NCBI GenBank assembly: GCA_021372775.1
Contig: JAJFTU010000402.1
Location: forward strand, 1 to 60,694
Direction: 5' to 3'
Length of the DNA stretch: 60,694 nt
Source of the DNA: a bacterium
GTDB lineage: Bacteria; Acidobacteriota; Polarisedimenticolia; J045
Positions 1-7,950 of the stretch are shown piece by piece. The translations under genes were made by a program, and so were the position numbers. The notes beneath the pieces are model-generated. The model was given only the letters and a program-made list of their open reading frames with translations. It made no database searches and was not told the origin of the DNA. The number at the start of each line of letters is the position of its first letter. Positions within the stretch are counted from its first letter, which is position 1.

Positions 1-46
1 CTACCGCCTCCCCGGCGACTGGCCAGGCGGCGAGGTCGGGGGTCAC
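1..46 (-). CDS. terL: 5' end of terminase large subunit gene (continues from 60694 across the window junction)
   Basis: TerL frame is open from 60680 to 60694. If the ends are joined it stays open through 1-46 to a GTG at 46-44 that overlaps the TGA (45-43) of the upstream ORF as GTGA. Joined length is 1485 nt = 495 codons. Confidence 0.55.
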   Translation of the reverse strand, partial: MTPDLAAWPVAGEAV

Positions 47-354
47 GGCGCGACCACCCTGGCGGAGAAGGGACGTGGCATCGCGATGGTGATGATGTCG
101 CCGACTCGGAACGGGGCCTGCGGTGTCATCTGCAGCAGGTCGGCTTCGAGCGACCGATAGAAGTTCAGCCTCCGCTGAATAGCCGCGACTTCCTCCACGA
201 CGAGCCACTCGTGCAAAGCCAGGGCCGGCTTCGCCGGCAGGAAGATGCGCCTCGCCCCGGGCACCCAGAGCAGGCGGTCCACGTCCAGCGTCGACGTCAC
301 CGCAGCGCCGAGCGCGCCACCCACGAGCATCTCGAGGAAGCGGCGGCGGTCCAT
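43..354 (-). CDS. small protein with twin-arginine (Tat)-like N-terminus
   Basis: ATG at 354 shares one base with the upstream stop (TGATG). N-terminus is MDRRRFLEMLVGGALGAAV (RR-x-FL followed by a hydrophobic stretch). The track ORF extends to a GTG at 369. Confidence 0.5.
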   Translation of the reverse strand: MDRRRFLEMLVGGALGAAVTSTLDVDRLLWVPGARRIFLPAKPALALHEWLVVEEVAAIQRRLNFYRSLEADLLQMTPQAPFRVGDIITIAMPRPFSARVVAP

Positions 355-611
355 CAGTCGTCCCCCCACGCCTCGCCGGCCAGAAAGTGCTCGTCTTTCA
401 CGCGCTCCTCATCCAGCACACGGCACGCCAACTCGGGTTGGAGGACGCTGTAGCCGAAAAGCACGTCGAAGCGCACAACCGAGACGCGCGCCACGTCCCA
501 CTGCCGCACGAAACGCATCGACAGGCCCATCGGCGCAGGCGACGGCTTCCACGGCACGAGCGCCGCAGCCGCGAGACCGACGAGCGACGCGAGGAAGCCG
601 CGGCGGTTCAC
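354..611 (-). CDS. small protein with twin-arginine (Tat)-like N-terminus
   Basis: GTG start overlaps the upstream stop as GTGA. N-terminus is NRRGFLASLVGLAAAALVPW. Confidence 0.5.
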   Translation of the reverse strand: MNRRGFLASLVGLAAAALVPWKPSPAPMGLSMRFVRQWDVARVSVVRFDVLFGYSVLQPELACRVLDEERVKDEHFLAGEAWGDD

Positions 612-874
612 ACCCGCCTCCCGACCGCCGCGAACCCCTCGATGATTACGTCGTGGATGGCCTTCACGACAGCTCGCTCGACGAGTTCGGGTGTGATGAC
701 GGCCTCGACCTCGGCCTTGTGGTCGGAGACCACGCGCTCGACGATGCCGGCGATCGTGCGCTCTGCCGCTTCGCGCGCCGTGCCGTACATCAGGTCCACG
801 TCATGCCTGGAAACGGAAACGGCGTAGTCGCGGCAGCCGGTAGCCGTGTTGTCGCCCAAGTCCTTGATGTTCAC
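608..874 (-). CDS. hypothetical protein (88 aa)
   Basis: GTG start overlaps the terS stop as GTGA. Non-shadow amino-acid composition. Confidence 0.5.
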   Translation of the reverse strand: MNIKDLGDNTATGCRDYAVSVSRHDVDLMYGTAREAAERTIAGIVERVVSDHKAEVEAVITPELVERAVVKAIHDVIIEGFAAVGRRV

Positions 875-1398
875 GCCTCGCCCCTCGCCTTCCGCGCCAG
901 CGCGACGATCGCCTCGAGGTCCTTGGTGTCGAGTCGCGCGGCCTGCTCCGGCGTGAGCGGCACGAGGCCGATCGCGCCCTCGAGCTTCGTGCGGTCGGGG
1001 AACATGCCTTCCTGCTTCCCGAGCAGCTCAAGCGCCTTCACGATCACCGCCGCGGGCTTCGGGTCCTCGACGACGTCCACGGGCCGGAAGGCGATGGTGC
1101 GCAGCTTCTCGGAGATCCGTTCGGTCTCGTGCTCCGTGCGCTTCGCGAGCCGCGCCTTGCCCTCTTCGATCGCCTGGAGGACGCCTGGGTTCTGCAGGAG
1201 TTTGTACCCGTGCTGCTTCGCGCCGCGCGGCGAGTAGCCCGCCCGGATCGAGGCGGCGGCGGCGTTGAAGTCCTTGAGGTACTCCCGCGAGAAGGCCAAC
1301 ATGCGAGCGTCGTCGCCGGCGCCGCCTCGGCGAGACAGGCCGAGTCGCTTTGCGCGTGCCGGCTTCTTCGGTTTCCGCCCGGGTCGTTTCTTCGCCAT
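871..1398 (-). CDS. terS: terminase small subunit
   Basis: MAKKRPGRKPKK...REYLKDFNAAAASIRAGYSPRGAKQHGYKLLQNPGVLQAIEE resembles the Terminase_2-type small subunit N-terminus. GAGGG lies 7 nt upstream of ATG 1398. The longer ORF to 1431 has no SD. Confidence 0.75.
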   Translation of the reverse strand: MAKKRPGRKPKKPARAKRLGLSRRGGAGDDARMLAFSREYLKDFNAAAASIRAGYSPRGAKQHGYKLLQNPGVLQAIEEGKARLAKRTEHETERISEKLRTIAFRPVDVVEDPKPAAVIVKALELLGKQEGMFPDRTKLEGAIGLVPLTPEQAARLDTKDLEAIVALARKARGEA

Positions 1399-1402
1399 CG
1401 TG

Positions 1403-1867
1403 TCACCCTCGGGGGATAAGCCCCTCCGCATCGCAGCGCGTCACAATCTGGCGCGCGATGCTGTCGACGACGCTCGCCAGTTGCTCCTCGTGCGGCTTGC
1501 CGTCGTCCGTCAGAGGGAGCATCTTTACGCCCCGCCTGAGCATCCACGCGAGCCCGGCATGAACCGACTCGTGCGTGATGATGCCCATGCGCAGACCCGG
1601 GCGCGCGAGGTAGATCAGGGCGAACTCGCCGGATAGGATGCGGCCGTCGGCGTCCGCGTGCGTGACGCGCGTCACCTGGCCGCCGAGTCGTCGACGGTCA
1701 ACCGTGCGCCACCGCCGGCCGGCCGGTAGCGCCTGGTCGATGTGCCGGATGGCGTCGCGCATCGCTCGAAACGTGTCGAACACGTAGACCTTCGCGAACA
1801 GCCCCGATGCGGAAGACGGGTACACCCGGAACTTGAAGCGGTAGTCGGGGATGGTGAACCTCGGCAT
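1403..1867 (-). CDS. HExxH-motif protein (putative zinc metallopeptidase-like)
   Basis: Internal ATG at 1867 with GAGG upstream. Motif GIITHESVHAGLAW. The N-terminal 62 codons of the track ORF look like GC shadow. Confidence 0.5.
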   Translation of the reverse strand: MPRFTIPDYRFKFRVYPSSASGLFAKVYVFDTFRAMRDAIRHIDQALPAGRRWRTVDRRRLGGQVTRVTHADADGRILSGEFALIYLARPGLRMGIITHESVHAGLAWMLRRGVKMLPLTDDGKPHEEQLASVVDSIARQIVTRCDAEGLIPRG

Positions 1868-1869
1868 CC

Positions 1870-2109
1870 TCACCCTCGGTTCGGCCGGCCGTCGTGCGGG
1901 CAGAACGGCCAGGAGCCCACCGTCACCGGGACGCCACAGTCCGGGCACGGCGTCGGCGCCGGCGGCGGCTCGTGCGAGCGCCCCGCGAGCCGCGGCAGCA
2001 TGTAGACCGTCCGCGGCGGCGTGCCGGTGTTGACCACGTGCTCGACGGTGCACGAGTGCCCGTCGGCATTGCGAACCCGTTTCTGTTCAGTGATGAGCGC
2101 CATCGACAC
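1870..2109 (-). CDS. small Cys-rich protein (zinc-ribbon-like)
   Basis: 79-aa ORF (GTG 2109 or ATG 2103) with CPDCG...FCPHD near the C-terminus. First gene after a 104-nt gap. Confidence 0.4.
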   Translation of the reverse strand: MSMALITEQKRVRNADGHSCTVEHVVNTGTPPRTVYMLPRLAGRSHEPPPAPTPCPDCGVPVTVGSWPFCPHDGRPNRG

Positions 2110-2149
2110 GCACGGCGGGACGGTCGTGGGGAGAGGGACCTGCCGAAGG

Positions 2150-2178
2150 ACAATAGAGGAACTCAGCGGGAAAGTCTA
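2150..2178 (-). promoter_or_regulatory. sigma70-like promoter candidate upstream of the packaging operon
   Basis: Minus strand reads TAGACT-17 nt-TATTGT inside the 2110-2213 gap. It is preceded by the GC hairpin CCGCGC-cgtaa-GCGCGG (2197-2213) just after the upstream stop. Confidence 0.25.
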
Positions 2179-2213
2179 GTGGCCATCAGCTCCCGGCCGC
2201 GCCGTAAGCGCGG

Positions 2214-2588
2214 TCAATGGCGCACGCTGCCGTCTGGGGTGAACAGCATCACCGCCAGAATCCGGCGCAGGACAGCTTCGTTGGTCTTGATCGTCTCGTC
2301 GAGGCCATCTACGACCAGCTTCGCGGTCCGAGCCACGAGTTCCGGATCGGTACTGCGGTCCACTCGGACCGCAGCCCATGACTTGCCACGTTTCACGTAC
2401 ACGTTGGCGACCACTTCACCAGCGACCACCAGGATGAGGTCGACGGCAGGGTCTGCCGCCTGCGCCATTCGGACCGCTCCGGTCATGTCTGTGCAGTGGT
2501 CCCAAGGCAGGTAGTAACACGCGACGTGCCCTTCACAATCGACGAAGGACCTCACAAGCTCACATTGCAGCGTCTCGTTGAATGGCAT
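2214..2588 (-). CDS. hypothetical protein (124 aa)
   Basis: Internal ATG 2588 with GGAGAGG about 9 nt upstream. Upstream part of the track ORF is R/G/A shadow. Confidence 0.5.
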   Translation of the reverse strand: MPFNETLQCELVRSFVDCEGHVACYYLPWDHCTDMTGAVRMAQAADPAVDLILVVAGEVVANVYVKRGKSWAAVRVDRSTDPELVARTAKLVVDGLDETIKTNEAVLRRILAVMLFTPDGSVRH

Positions 2589-2700
2589 GGTCGGTTGCCT
2601 CTCCGCCCCTCTTGCGGCCTCGGCGTGGGCTTCAACGCCGTCCCGGGCGCGTGCCCTCGCTCCTCTCCCCGAGGCGCCGAGGCCGCTCGATGGGGGTCTC

Positions 2701-3339
2701 CTACGCTGGCGCTGGCGACCCGAGATAGCGGTCGCTGAGTTCTCGCTCTGCCGCAACAGTGAGGTCCCTGTTCCGCCCACCGTTCCCATTCAGCGCCGGA
2801 TTGAGATGCTTGATGAAGAACGCCTCCACGGTGTCCAGTTCGGATTCTGGGATGGGGATGAAGTAGGCTCGGTCGAATCTCTTACCACCAGCGCGATGGG
2901 TGACAACGCGCGACACCACCGACACCGACTGACCGACGTAGACAACTTCTTGGCCAGAGCACAGGAAATAGACACCCGGCGGCAGATACACAGCGGGGAC
3001 CTCGATCAGGTTGAGCAGCGCGGCGATCGCGACTGGAGGGTCGGTCGTAATCCGCGCGTCAAGCGCGATCACGTGACACTCGACCGGCAGCGTCTTTCCC
3101 TCTACCTGTTGGAGAAGATTCCGGGCCGCCCACTGCTTCGATTCCTTCATCCGAAAGCGCGGAGCACCACCTTCGCACCGAAAGTGGGGCCAGTACCCCG
3201 CGTCGGCCAACTCGGTGATTCGGCTCGCCGAGATACCGAGCGCGCCTGCCAACTGCTCGGCGTCAACCAGCCCGCTTGGCCAGTCCTGGCAGAAGTGCGT
3301 CACCTTCAACTTCTGGAGTGGTCCATCGACCTGTGACAT
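2701..3339 (-). CDS. HTH + GIY-YIG-like nuclease domain protein
   Basis: AGGAG lies 6 nt before the ATG. N-terminal LAGALGISASRITELA looks like an HTH. PGVYFLCSGQEVVYVGQS...R...H...E..FI....NPALN fits the GIY-YIG pattern. Confidence 0.6.
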   Translation of the reverse strand: MSQVDGPLQKLKVTHFCQDWPSGLVDAEQLAGALGISASRITELADAGYWPHFRCEGGAPRFRMKESKQWAARNLLQQVEGKTLPVECHVIALDARITTDPPVAIAALLNLIEVPAVYLPPGVYFLCSGQEVVYVGQSVSVVSRVVTHRAGGKRFDRAYFIPIPESELDTVEAFFIKHLNPALNGNGGRNRDLTVAAERELSDRYLGSPAPA

Positions 3340-3348
3340 CTGGGTCTC

Positions 3349-3534
3349 CTACGCCTGGCTGTGATGCGAACAGGGTTTCAGCTTTCCCTTGACCGTGCTT
3401 TTCCACTCGCAGGGCTGGCAGCGGTAGTGCACGCCGATCGCCGTGTTGCGCCCGATGCGCTTCTTGTGGCCGCACGCCAGAATCGCGTAGGGCGGCTCGA
3501 GGCGCACGACGGGACGGGAGACCAGGTCGATCAT
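3349..3534 (-). CDS. small Cys/His-rich protein
   Basis: ATG 3534 with GAGG upstream. ACGHKK...YRCQPCEW...CSHH. Confidence 0.4.
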   Translation of the reverse strand: MIDLVSRPVVRLEPPYAILACGHKKRIGRNTAIGVHYRCQPCEWKSTVKGKLKPCSHHSQA

Positions 3535-3641
3535 CGGGGCTACCTCGCCGACAGGGCCGGGCGCACGGCTCCCACCTCGGAACACCCGAGGCTCCTTGCG
3601 GGGTCAGCCAGACCGCGCGAGCCATGCGCCCGGCCAACTCG

Positions 3642-3920
3642 TTACGTCCCGGCCTCCCCGCGCTGCTTCAGGACCGCTTTCACGTCCGCGATGGCCTCGC
3701 GGTAGCCGGCCATCGAAAGCCCGCACAGGAACCGAGTGGGCTTCAGGCCCGCCACGATGTCGAGGGTTTCCCTCGCCCCCTCTAGGCGGGCGGCGTCCAG
3801 CGCGGAGCGGATGAGGGCGATCTGTTCGTCCCATGACAGCGAGAAATCGCCAGTCATCCGCTGCGCGGTCACATCGGCCAGCAGCCGTGCCGCCGCGTCG
3901 TGCCCCGGTTGGTCAGGCAT
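3642..3920 (-). CDS. hypothetical protein (92 aa)
   Basis: ATG 3920 preceded by AAGGGGG. Overlaps the upstream stop by 8 nt. Confidence 0.45.
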   Translation of the reverse strand: MPDQPGHDAAARLLADVTAQRMTGDFSLSWDEQIALIRSALDAARLEGARETLDIVAGLKPTRFLCGLSMAGYREAIADVKAVLKQRGEAGT

Positions 3921-4113
3921 GGATGCCCCCTTTCCGCGTGGGGCTGAGCGGCTTCGCGCCGCGCACCTCGCGCGTCTTAACGAGCCGGTACTCGACGCCA
4001 TCGACGCGCGGCTCTTGCCAGAGACGCTCCGCGACGAGCTCCATGAGCCGTGACGGGCGCGGCTCTACGTCCGAGGCGTGCTGGACCTCGACCGTGAAGG
4101 TGGTGATCGTCAT
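3913..4113 (-). CDS. hypothetical protein (66 aa)
   Basis: ATGA overlap with the upstream gene stop at 4110-4113. Confidence 0.45.
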   Translation of the reverse strand: MTITTFTVEVQHASDVEPRPSRLMELVAERLWQEPRVDGVEYRLVKTREVRGAKPLSPTRKGGIHA

Positions 4114-5384
4114 TTTGCTTCCTCCCCGCCCGGTTCCAGGGCGGCGTCCCCGAGGAATATCGACCCTTCATCCGGGTAGTCGCTGTCGAAGACGTAGAGC
4201 CCGGCCCCGCTGTGGTGCTCCAGGCCGCCCTTCACAACAGTCACGGTGTCATCAGGCTCCATGTCGTGGGTGTCGATGAAGACCTTGGCCGCTTCGTGAA
4301 GCCGCTCGACCTCGGCCAGCGTGAACTCGATCTCCGTGCGGCCCGGCGGCTTCGTCTCCCGCTCCCCCTCGGGCGCGGGCGATAGGGCGGCTTTGGCGAT
4401 GGCCTGTAGCGTGTAAACCGGATCGTTGTCCGGCGTGCGTCCCCCGTATGCGATGGCCCTCAGCGCCTCCCGCAGCGCCCGGCTCTCCTCCCGCGCCGCG
4501 TCACGCTCGGATTCGGCCTTCTCCATGCGCTTGACCAGGGCGCGTGCCGACGTGATCATCGCCGTGCCGCTGGCGGTACACCGCAGCACGTCAGCCAACT
4601 CGTGCGACTCGCAGTCCATCTCGGCCAGATCCTCGCGCAAGCGGGCAAGGTCGGCCCTCAGCCCTTCGTTCTCGGCGTAGAGCGTGGCGACCGCGCCCAA
4701 CCCGGCATCGGCTACCTTCATCGCACTACTGCCGACCTTCGCGTTCTCAGCCAACTGCCGCTCCAACGCCTCGGCGCGGGCCAGCGCGGCGTCACGCTCT
4801 GCCGCTGTCTTGGCGTGCTCGCCGTATTCCACCGAGAGGGTGTCCTTCGCGGTTTGGAGCGAGGCCAGCGCGGCGGCGAGCGCGGCTTCCAACCGCTCGA
4901 CTTCGCGGTATTGACACCCGCTGATGGCGCAGGGCGCGGCCACGCACTCGCCGTCTGGGGTCGTCACCATCGTCATCTTGCAGCCACGCAAGGCCAAGTC
5001 CCGCTCCCGCTGAAGCGATGACAGGGCCGAGGCGGCGTGCTCGCAGTCGAGGATGACGGCGGCAACCGCCTTCGCTAATGAGTTGTCATACGCTGGGTCT
5101 AGCGGCGCGTAGGCCCACAGCCCAAGCGTCTGCCGCACGCGCTGAAGCTTGGCGACGACAGCCGCGATCTCCCCCGTCTCGCCCGGCGGGGCGGCCGACA
5201 GCGCGGAGGCGGCGAGGCGGAGGTCGGCGGCTTGCGCCTCGGTGATGGCCGCGCGCTCACGGTCCAGCAGATAGCCACGCTGCCAGTCGGCCATCTGCTG
5301 ACGGTCATCGGCTATCGCGTTGAGCCTCTGGCACAGCGCGGCCCGGTCAGCGGGGGACAGCGGGTTGTCGACTGCTTTGGTCAT
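4110..5384 (-). CDS. coiled-coil protein (424 aa)
   Basis: Long A/E/R/L heptad-like stretches. ATG start. No recognisable enzymatic motif. Confidence 0.6.
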   Translation of the reverse strand: MTKAVDNPLSPADRAALCQRLNAIADDRQQMADWQRGYLLDRERAAITEAQAADLRLAASALSAAPPGETGEIAAVVAKLQRVRQTLGLWAYAPLDPAYDNSLAKAVAAVILDCEHAASALSSLQRERDLALRGCKMTMVTTPDGECVAAPCAISGCQYREVERLEAALAAALASLQTAKDTLSVEYGEHAKTAAERDAALARAEALERQLAENAKVGSSAMKVADAGLGAVATLYAENEGLRADLARLREDLAEMDCESHELADVLRCTASGTAMITSARALVKRMEKAESERDAAREESRALREALRAIAYGGRTPDNDPVYTLQAIAKAALSPAPEGERETKPPGRTEIEFTLAEVERLHEAAKVFIDTHDMEPDDTVTVVKGGLEHHSGAGLYVFDSDYPDEGSIFLGDAALEPGGEEAK

Positions 5385-5402
5385 TGTTCGTCACCAGCCC
5401 GG

Positions 5403-6299
5403 CTAGGCCGTGCGGTCCAGGTCCGCGTCCGTCACGTCGTCATTTGCGGACTCAATCGGTTTGAATCCCCGGTGCTTGCGCTTCACCCGCTCCGAGTCGA
5501 TGGCCTTGTTCACGCTCTCGCGGTCGTAGGGCACCTGGTAGTTGGCGCACCAGCTCTTGACCTCCTCGACGATGTCGCCCTCGTCGTGGCCGTCGAAGAC
5601 GTCGACCCGGATGCCCTCACGCCGGATGACGGCGGCGATGGTGCGGACCTTCGGCCGCTCTCGCGTCCGCCGCCTGGTCGGAGCCTCCGGAATCTCCGGA
5701 ATCTCCGGACCGGAGGCTCCGGGTTCCTCCGGTTCGCCCGGGGACTTTTCCACAGGCTGTGGAAATCGTGGCGCGCCAGCGCCACCGTTCTTGTCTCTTA
5801 CGTGGTCGGGCCGGGCCGGGCCGGGTACGGTACTCGCGCCCGCGGGCGCGCGGAACTCAGGACTCCGCTCGGACTCCGCAATGTGTCCTTGTGGACTCCG
5901 CTCGGACTCTGTGCGGACTCTGCGCGGAACACCGACCCGAGGTTTCAGCCCAAGTCGTTCTCTCCGTTCGGTTTCCTTGCGCGCACGGTCCTTCTCGCGA
6001 CGGGCCTGAACCTCGTCTGAGGCCGGGTTGTAGTCGTGGAAGTCGTGAATCTGAAATCCGCCGTCAGCCCGGTCCCAGAGGCCGACCGAGACCAGCGCGG
6101 AGGCCAGCGTGCCGGCTCGCTTCGACCATGTCTCGACGACGTCGAGGGGCAAGTAGCCGTCCGTGAGGTGCCGATTGGAGAAGCACACGCCGGACACGAA
6201 GAAGCCAAACGCGAGGAGCCGGCCGTCCGGACCGAGCCGCTTGCCGGCCTGGATGAACTTGAAGTGGTCGGGTGCCGAGTCGTCAATCTTCGCCCACAT
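5403..6299 (-). CDS. putative replication initiator / DNA-binding protein
   Basis: Globular N-terminal (MWAKIDDSAPDHFKF...) and C-terminal parts are joined by a low-complexity linker that coincides with DNA repeats. Lies directly upstream of the helicase. Function is inferred. Confidence 0.45.
   Translation of the reverse strand: MWAKIDDSAPDHFKFIQAGKRLGPDGRLLAFGFFVSGVCFSNRHLTDGYLPLDVVETWSKRAGTLASALVSVGLWDRADGGFQIHDFHDYNPASDEVQARREKDRARKETERRERLGLKPRVGVPRRVRTESERSPQGHIAESERSPEFRAPAGASTVPGPARPDHVRDKNGGAGAPRFPQPVEKSPGEPEEPGASGPEIPEIPEAPTRRRTRERPKVRTIAAVIRREGIRVDVFDGHDEGDIVEEVKSWCANYQVPYDRESVNKAIDSERVKRKHRGFKPIESANDDVTDADLDRTA
5685..5930. repeat. ori-like repeat zone inside the putative initiator gene
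   Basis: CTCCGG x5 (5685, 5694, 5703, 5717, 5727). Perfect 19-bp palindrome TTTCCACAG-G-CTGTGGAAA (5747-5765). GGACTC x5 (5860, 5871, 5893, 5904, 5915), including the 17-mer GGACTCCGCTCGGACTC twice. Confidence 0.45.
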
Positions 6300-6350
6300 G
6301 ATGAGGAGTCCCTGGTGGCCCTGGACTACTTTCAGCCGAGGCCGCGAAAA

Positions 6351-6503
6351 TTAGTCCACCTGCTGCTGCCGCCTGAACCGCCGCCACGCTCGACGGGTGC
6401 GCTGCTCGCGCCACACCATCCAGCCGACCACCACGACGAGGTAGACCACGGCCGTCACGACGTAGCCGACGGTGACCGTGACCATCGCGTCGGGGGTCAC
6501 CAT
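6351..6503 (-). CDS. small single-pass membrane protein (50 aa)
   Basis: ATG 6503 overlaps the helicase stop (ATGGTGA). TVGYVVTAVVYLVVVVGWMVW followed by a basic tail. Confidence 0.4.
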   Translation of the reverse strand: MVTPDAMVTVTVGYVVTAVVYLVVVVGWMVWREQRTRRAWRRFRRQQQVD

Positions 6504-7768
6504 CGGAACGCCTCCGCGGGGCCCCGCGCGGCCGCGGCCTTCCCGCCGCGGCGCCCGCCCCAGAACGCCGCCTTCCGCTTCCGCTTGTCGTCCTGGCCGA
6601 AGGAGACGTTGGTGAGCTGCCGGTCGCCCGAGAAGACCGCCCACAGGTCGTGCTTCTTGCCGGTGCGCTCGAGGCTCAGGCGCTCGATCGGCCCGAATTG
6701 CGTCGAGAGCCCGACCAGGTCCAGGACGACCGCAGAGACCTTGTCCGGCGCCGGCCGGATGGCGCGCCCGACCTGCTGGTAGTAGACCGCCAGGGACAGC
6801 GACGGCCGCGCCAGGACGACCGTGTCGAGCGCCGGGAAGTCGAACCCGGTCGAGAGCACGTTGACGTTCGCGACGACCTGGAACCCCCCGTGACGGAACG
6901 CCTCGACGAGCCCGGCCCGCTCACGGTCAGGGGTGTCGGCTGTCACAACCGCCGACGAGACGCCGGCGGCGAAGAGTCGCCGCGTGATCTCCTCGGCCTC
7001 GGCCTGGAATCGCGTGAACACCAGAATGTGCCGCCGGCCTTCCTGGGCGAGCGACAGCACCTCGGCCTCGAGCTTCCCCGCAAAGCCGCTGCGCTCGAAC
7101 TCGTCTCGGATGGACTCGTCCGTGAAATCGCCGCCCGTGGTGTTGTACTTGAGTCGCGTCCGCTCGATCGCGGGCTTGACCCGGTAATCGACGGGCGCGA
7201 GGTAGCCGTCCCGCGAGAGGTCGCCGATCTGGGTGACGTGCACGACGTCGGTGAACAGGCGCGGCCGCGTGCGCGTCTGGAACCGCAGACAGGCGCCGAA
7301 GGAGTTGCTGGCGAGCCGGTAGGGCGTGGCCGTGAGCCCGAGGCAGCGCGCGTGCGCCATCAGCCGGATGAAGTCGTGGTACATCCCGCCCTTGGCGTTG
7401 ACCAGGTGGCACTCGTCGACGAGGATGAACTCGACGTCGTGGAAGGCCTCGATATGCCGCACGACGCTGCCGATGGTGGCGAGCGTGACGCGCCCGCGCT
7501 CCCGGCAGCCCATCGAGTCGGACCAGACCGCCGGCTCGTAGCCGTAGGCGCGGAGCTTGCCGGCGTTCTGCTCGATCAGTTCCTTGGACGGCTGGAACAC
7601 GACGCACGGCCCGGGCAGGGCAAGGGCGATGTTGGCCGCCAGGAGGCTCTTGCCCGAGCCCGTGGGCGCCACGATGAGGCCGTGGCGCCCCTTCAGCGCC
7701 GGGTCGGTCAGGTACGAGACGCCGGCGGCAATCGCCGACGCTTGGTAGGGACGAGGGTGGTAGATCAT
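6497..7768 (-). CDS. SF2 DEAD/DEAH-box DNA helicase
   Basis: RPYQ, Walker A APTGSGKS, LVDECH, LGLTATP and C-terminal helicase motifs (VNVLSTGFD, QQVGRAIR). Trimmed to ATG 7768. Confidence 0.85.
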   Translation of the reverse strand: MIYHPRPYQASAIAAGVSYLTDPALKGRHGLIVAPTGSGKSLLAANIALALPGPCVVFQPSKELIEQNAGKLRAYGYEPAVWSDSMGCRERGRVTLATIGSVVRHIEAFHDVEFILVDECHLVNAKGGMYHDFIRLMAHARCLGLTATPYRLASNSFGACLRFQTRTRPRLFTDVVHVTQIGDLSRDGYLAPVDYRVKPAIERTRLKYNTTGGDFTDESIRDEFERSGFAGKLEAEVLSLAQEGRRHILVFTRFQAEAEEITRRLFAAGVSSAVVTADTPDRERAGLVEAFRHGGFQVVANVNVLSTGFDFPALDTVVLARPSLSLAVYYQQVGRAIRPAPDKVSAVVLDLVGLSTQFGPIERLSLERTGKKHDLWAVFSGDRQLTNVSFGQDDKRKRKAAFWGGRRGGKAAAARGPAEAFRW

Positions 7769-7950
7769 CGTGCCGCACTCCTCTTCGCTCGCAGCCTCCG
7801 GATGATGCCCGCGAGGCGCCGGTTCTTCAGCTTCACGTCGGCCACCTGGGCGGCCCAGAGCTGCGCCTTGCCCTTCCAGAACGCCACGTCGGCCCGAAGC
7901 CGCTCGAGCTCGGCGTGGCTGATGTTCGATGTTGGTGCGGCGGTAGTCAT
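7765..7950 (-). CDS. small coiled-coil protein (61 aa)
   Basis: ATGA overlaps at both ends (7947-7950 and 7765-7768). Confidence 0.45.
   Translation of the reverse strand: MTTAAPTSNISHAELERLRADVAFWKGKAQLWAAQVADVKLKNRRLAGIIRRLRAKRSAAR

Noticed and set aside
245-1237. Long plus-strand ORFs overlapping minus-strand genes throughout the window (for example 245-1237, 6650-7990, 17143-18555, 32591-34438, 37007-39124, 43646-45160, 55931-57562)
   Set aside because: Their translations are dominated by R/A/G/P/D runs typical of antisense shadow frames in high-GC DNA. They lack SD-linked starts, and each lies opposite a minus-strand gene with recognisable motifs.
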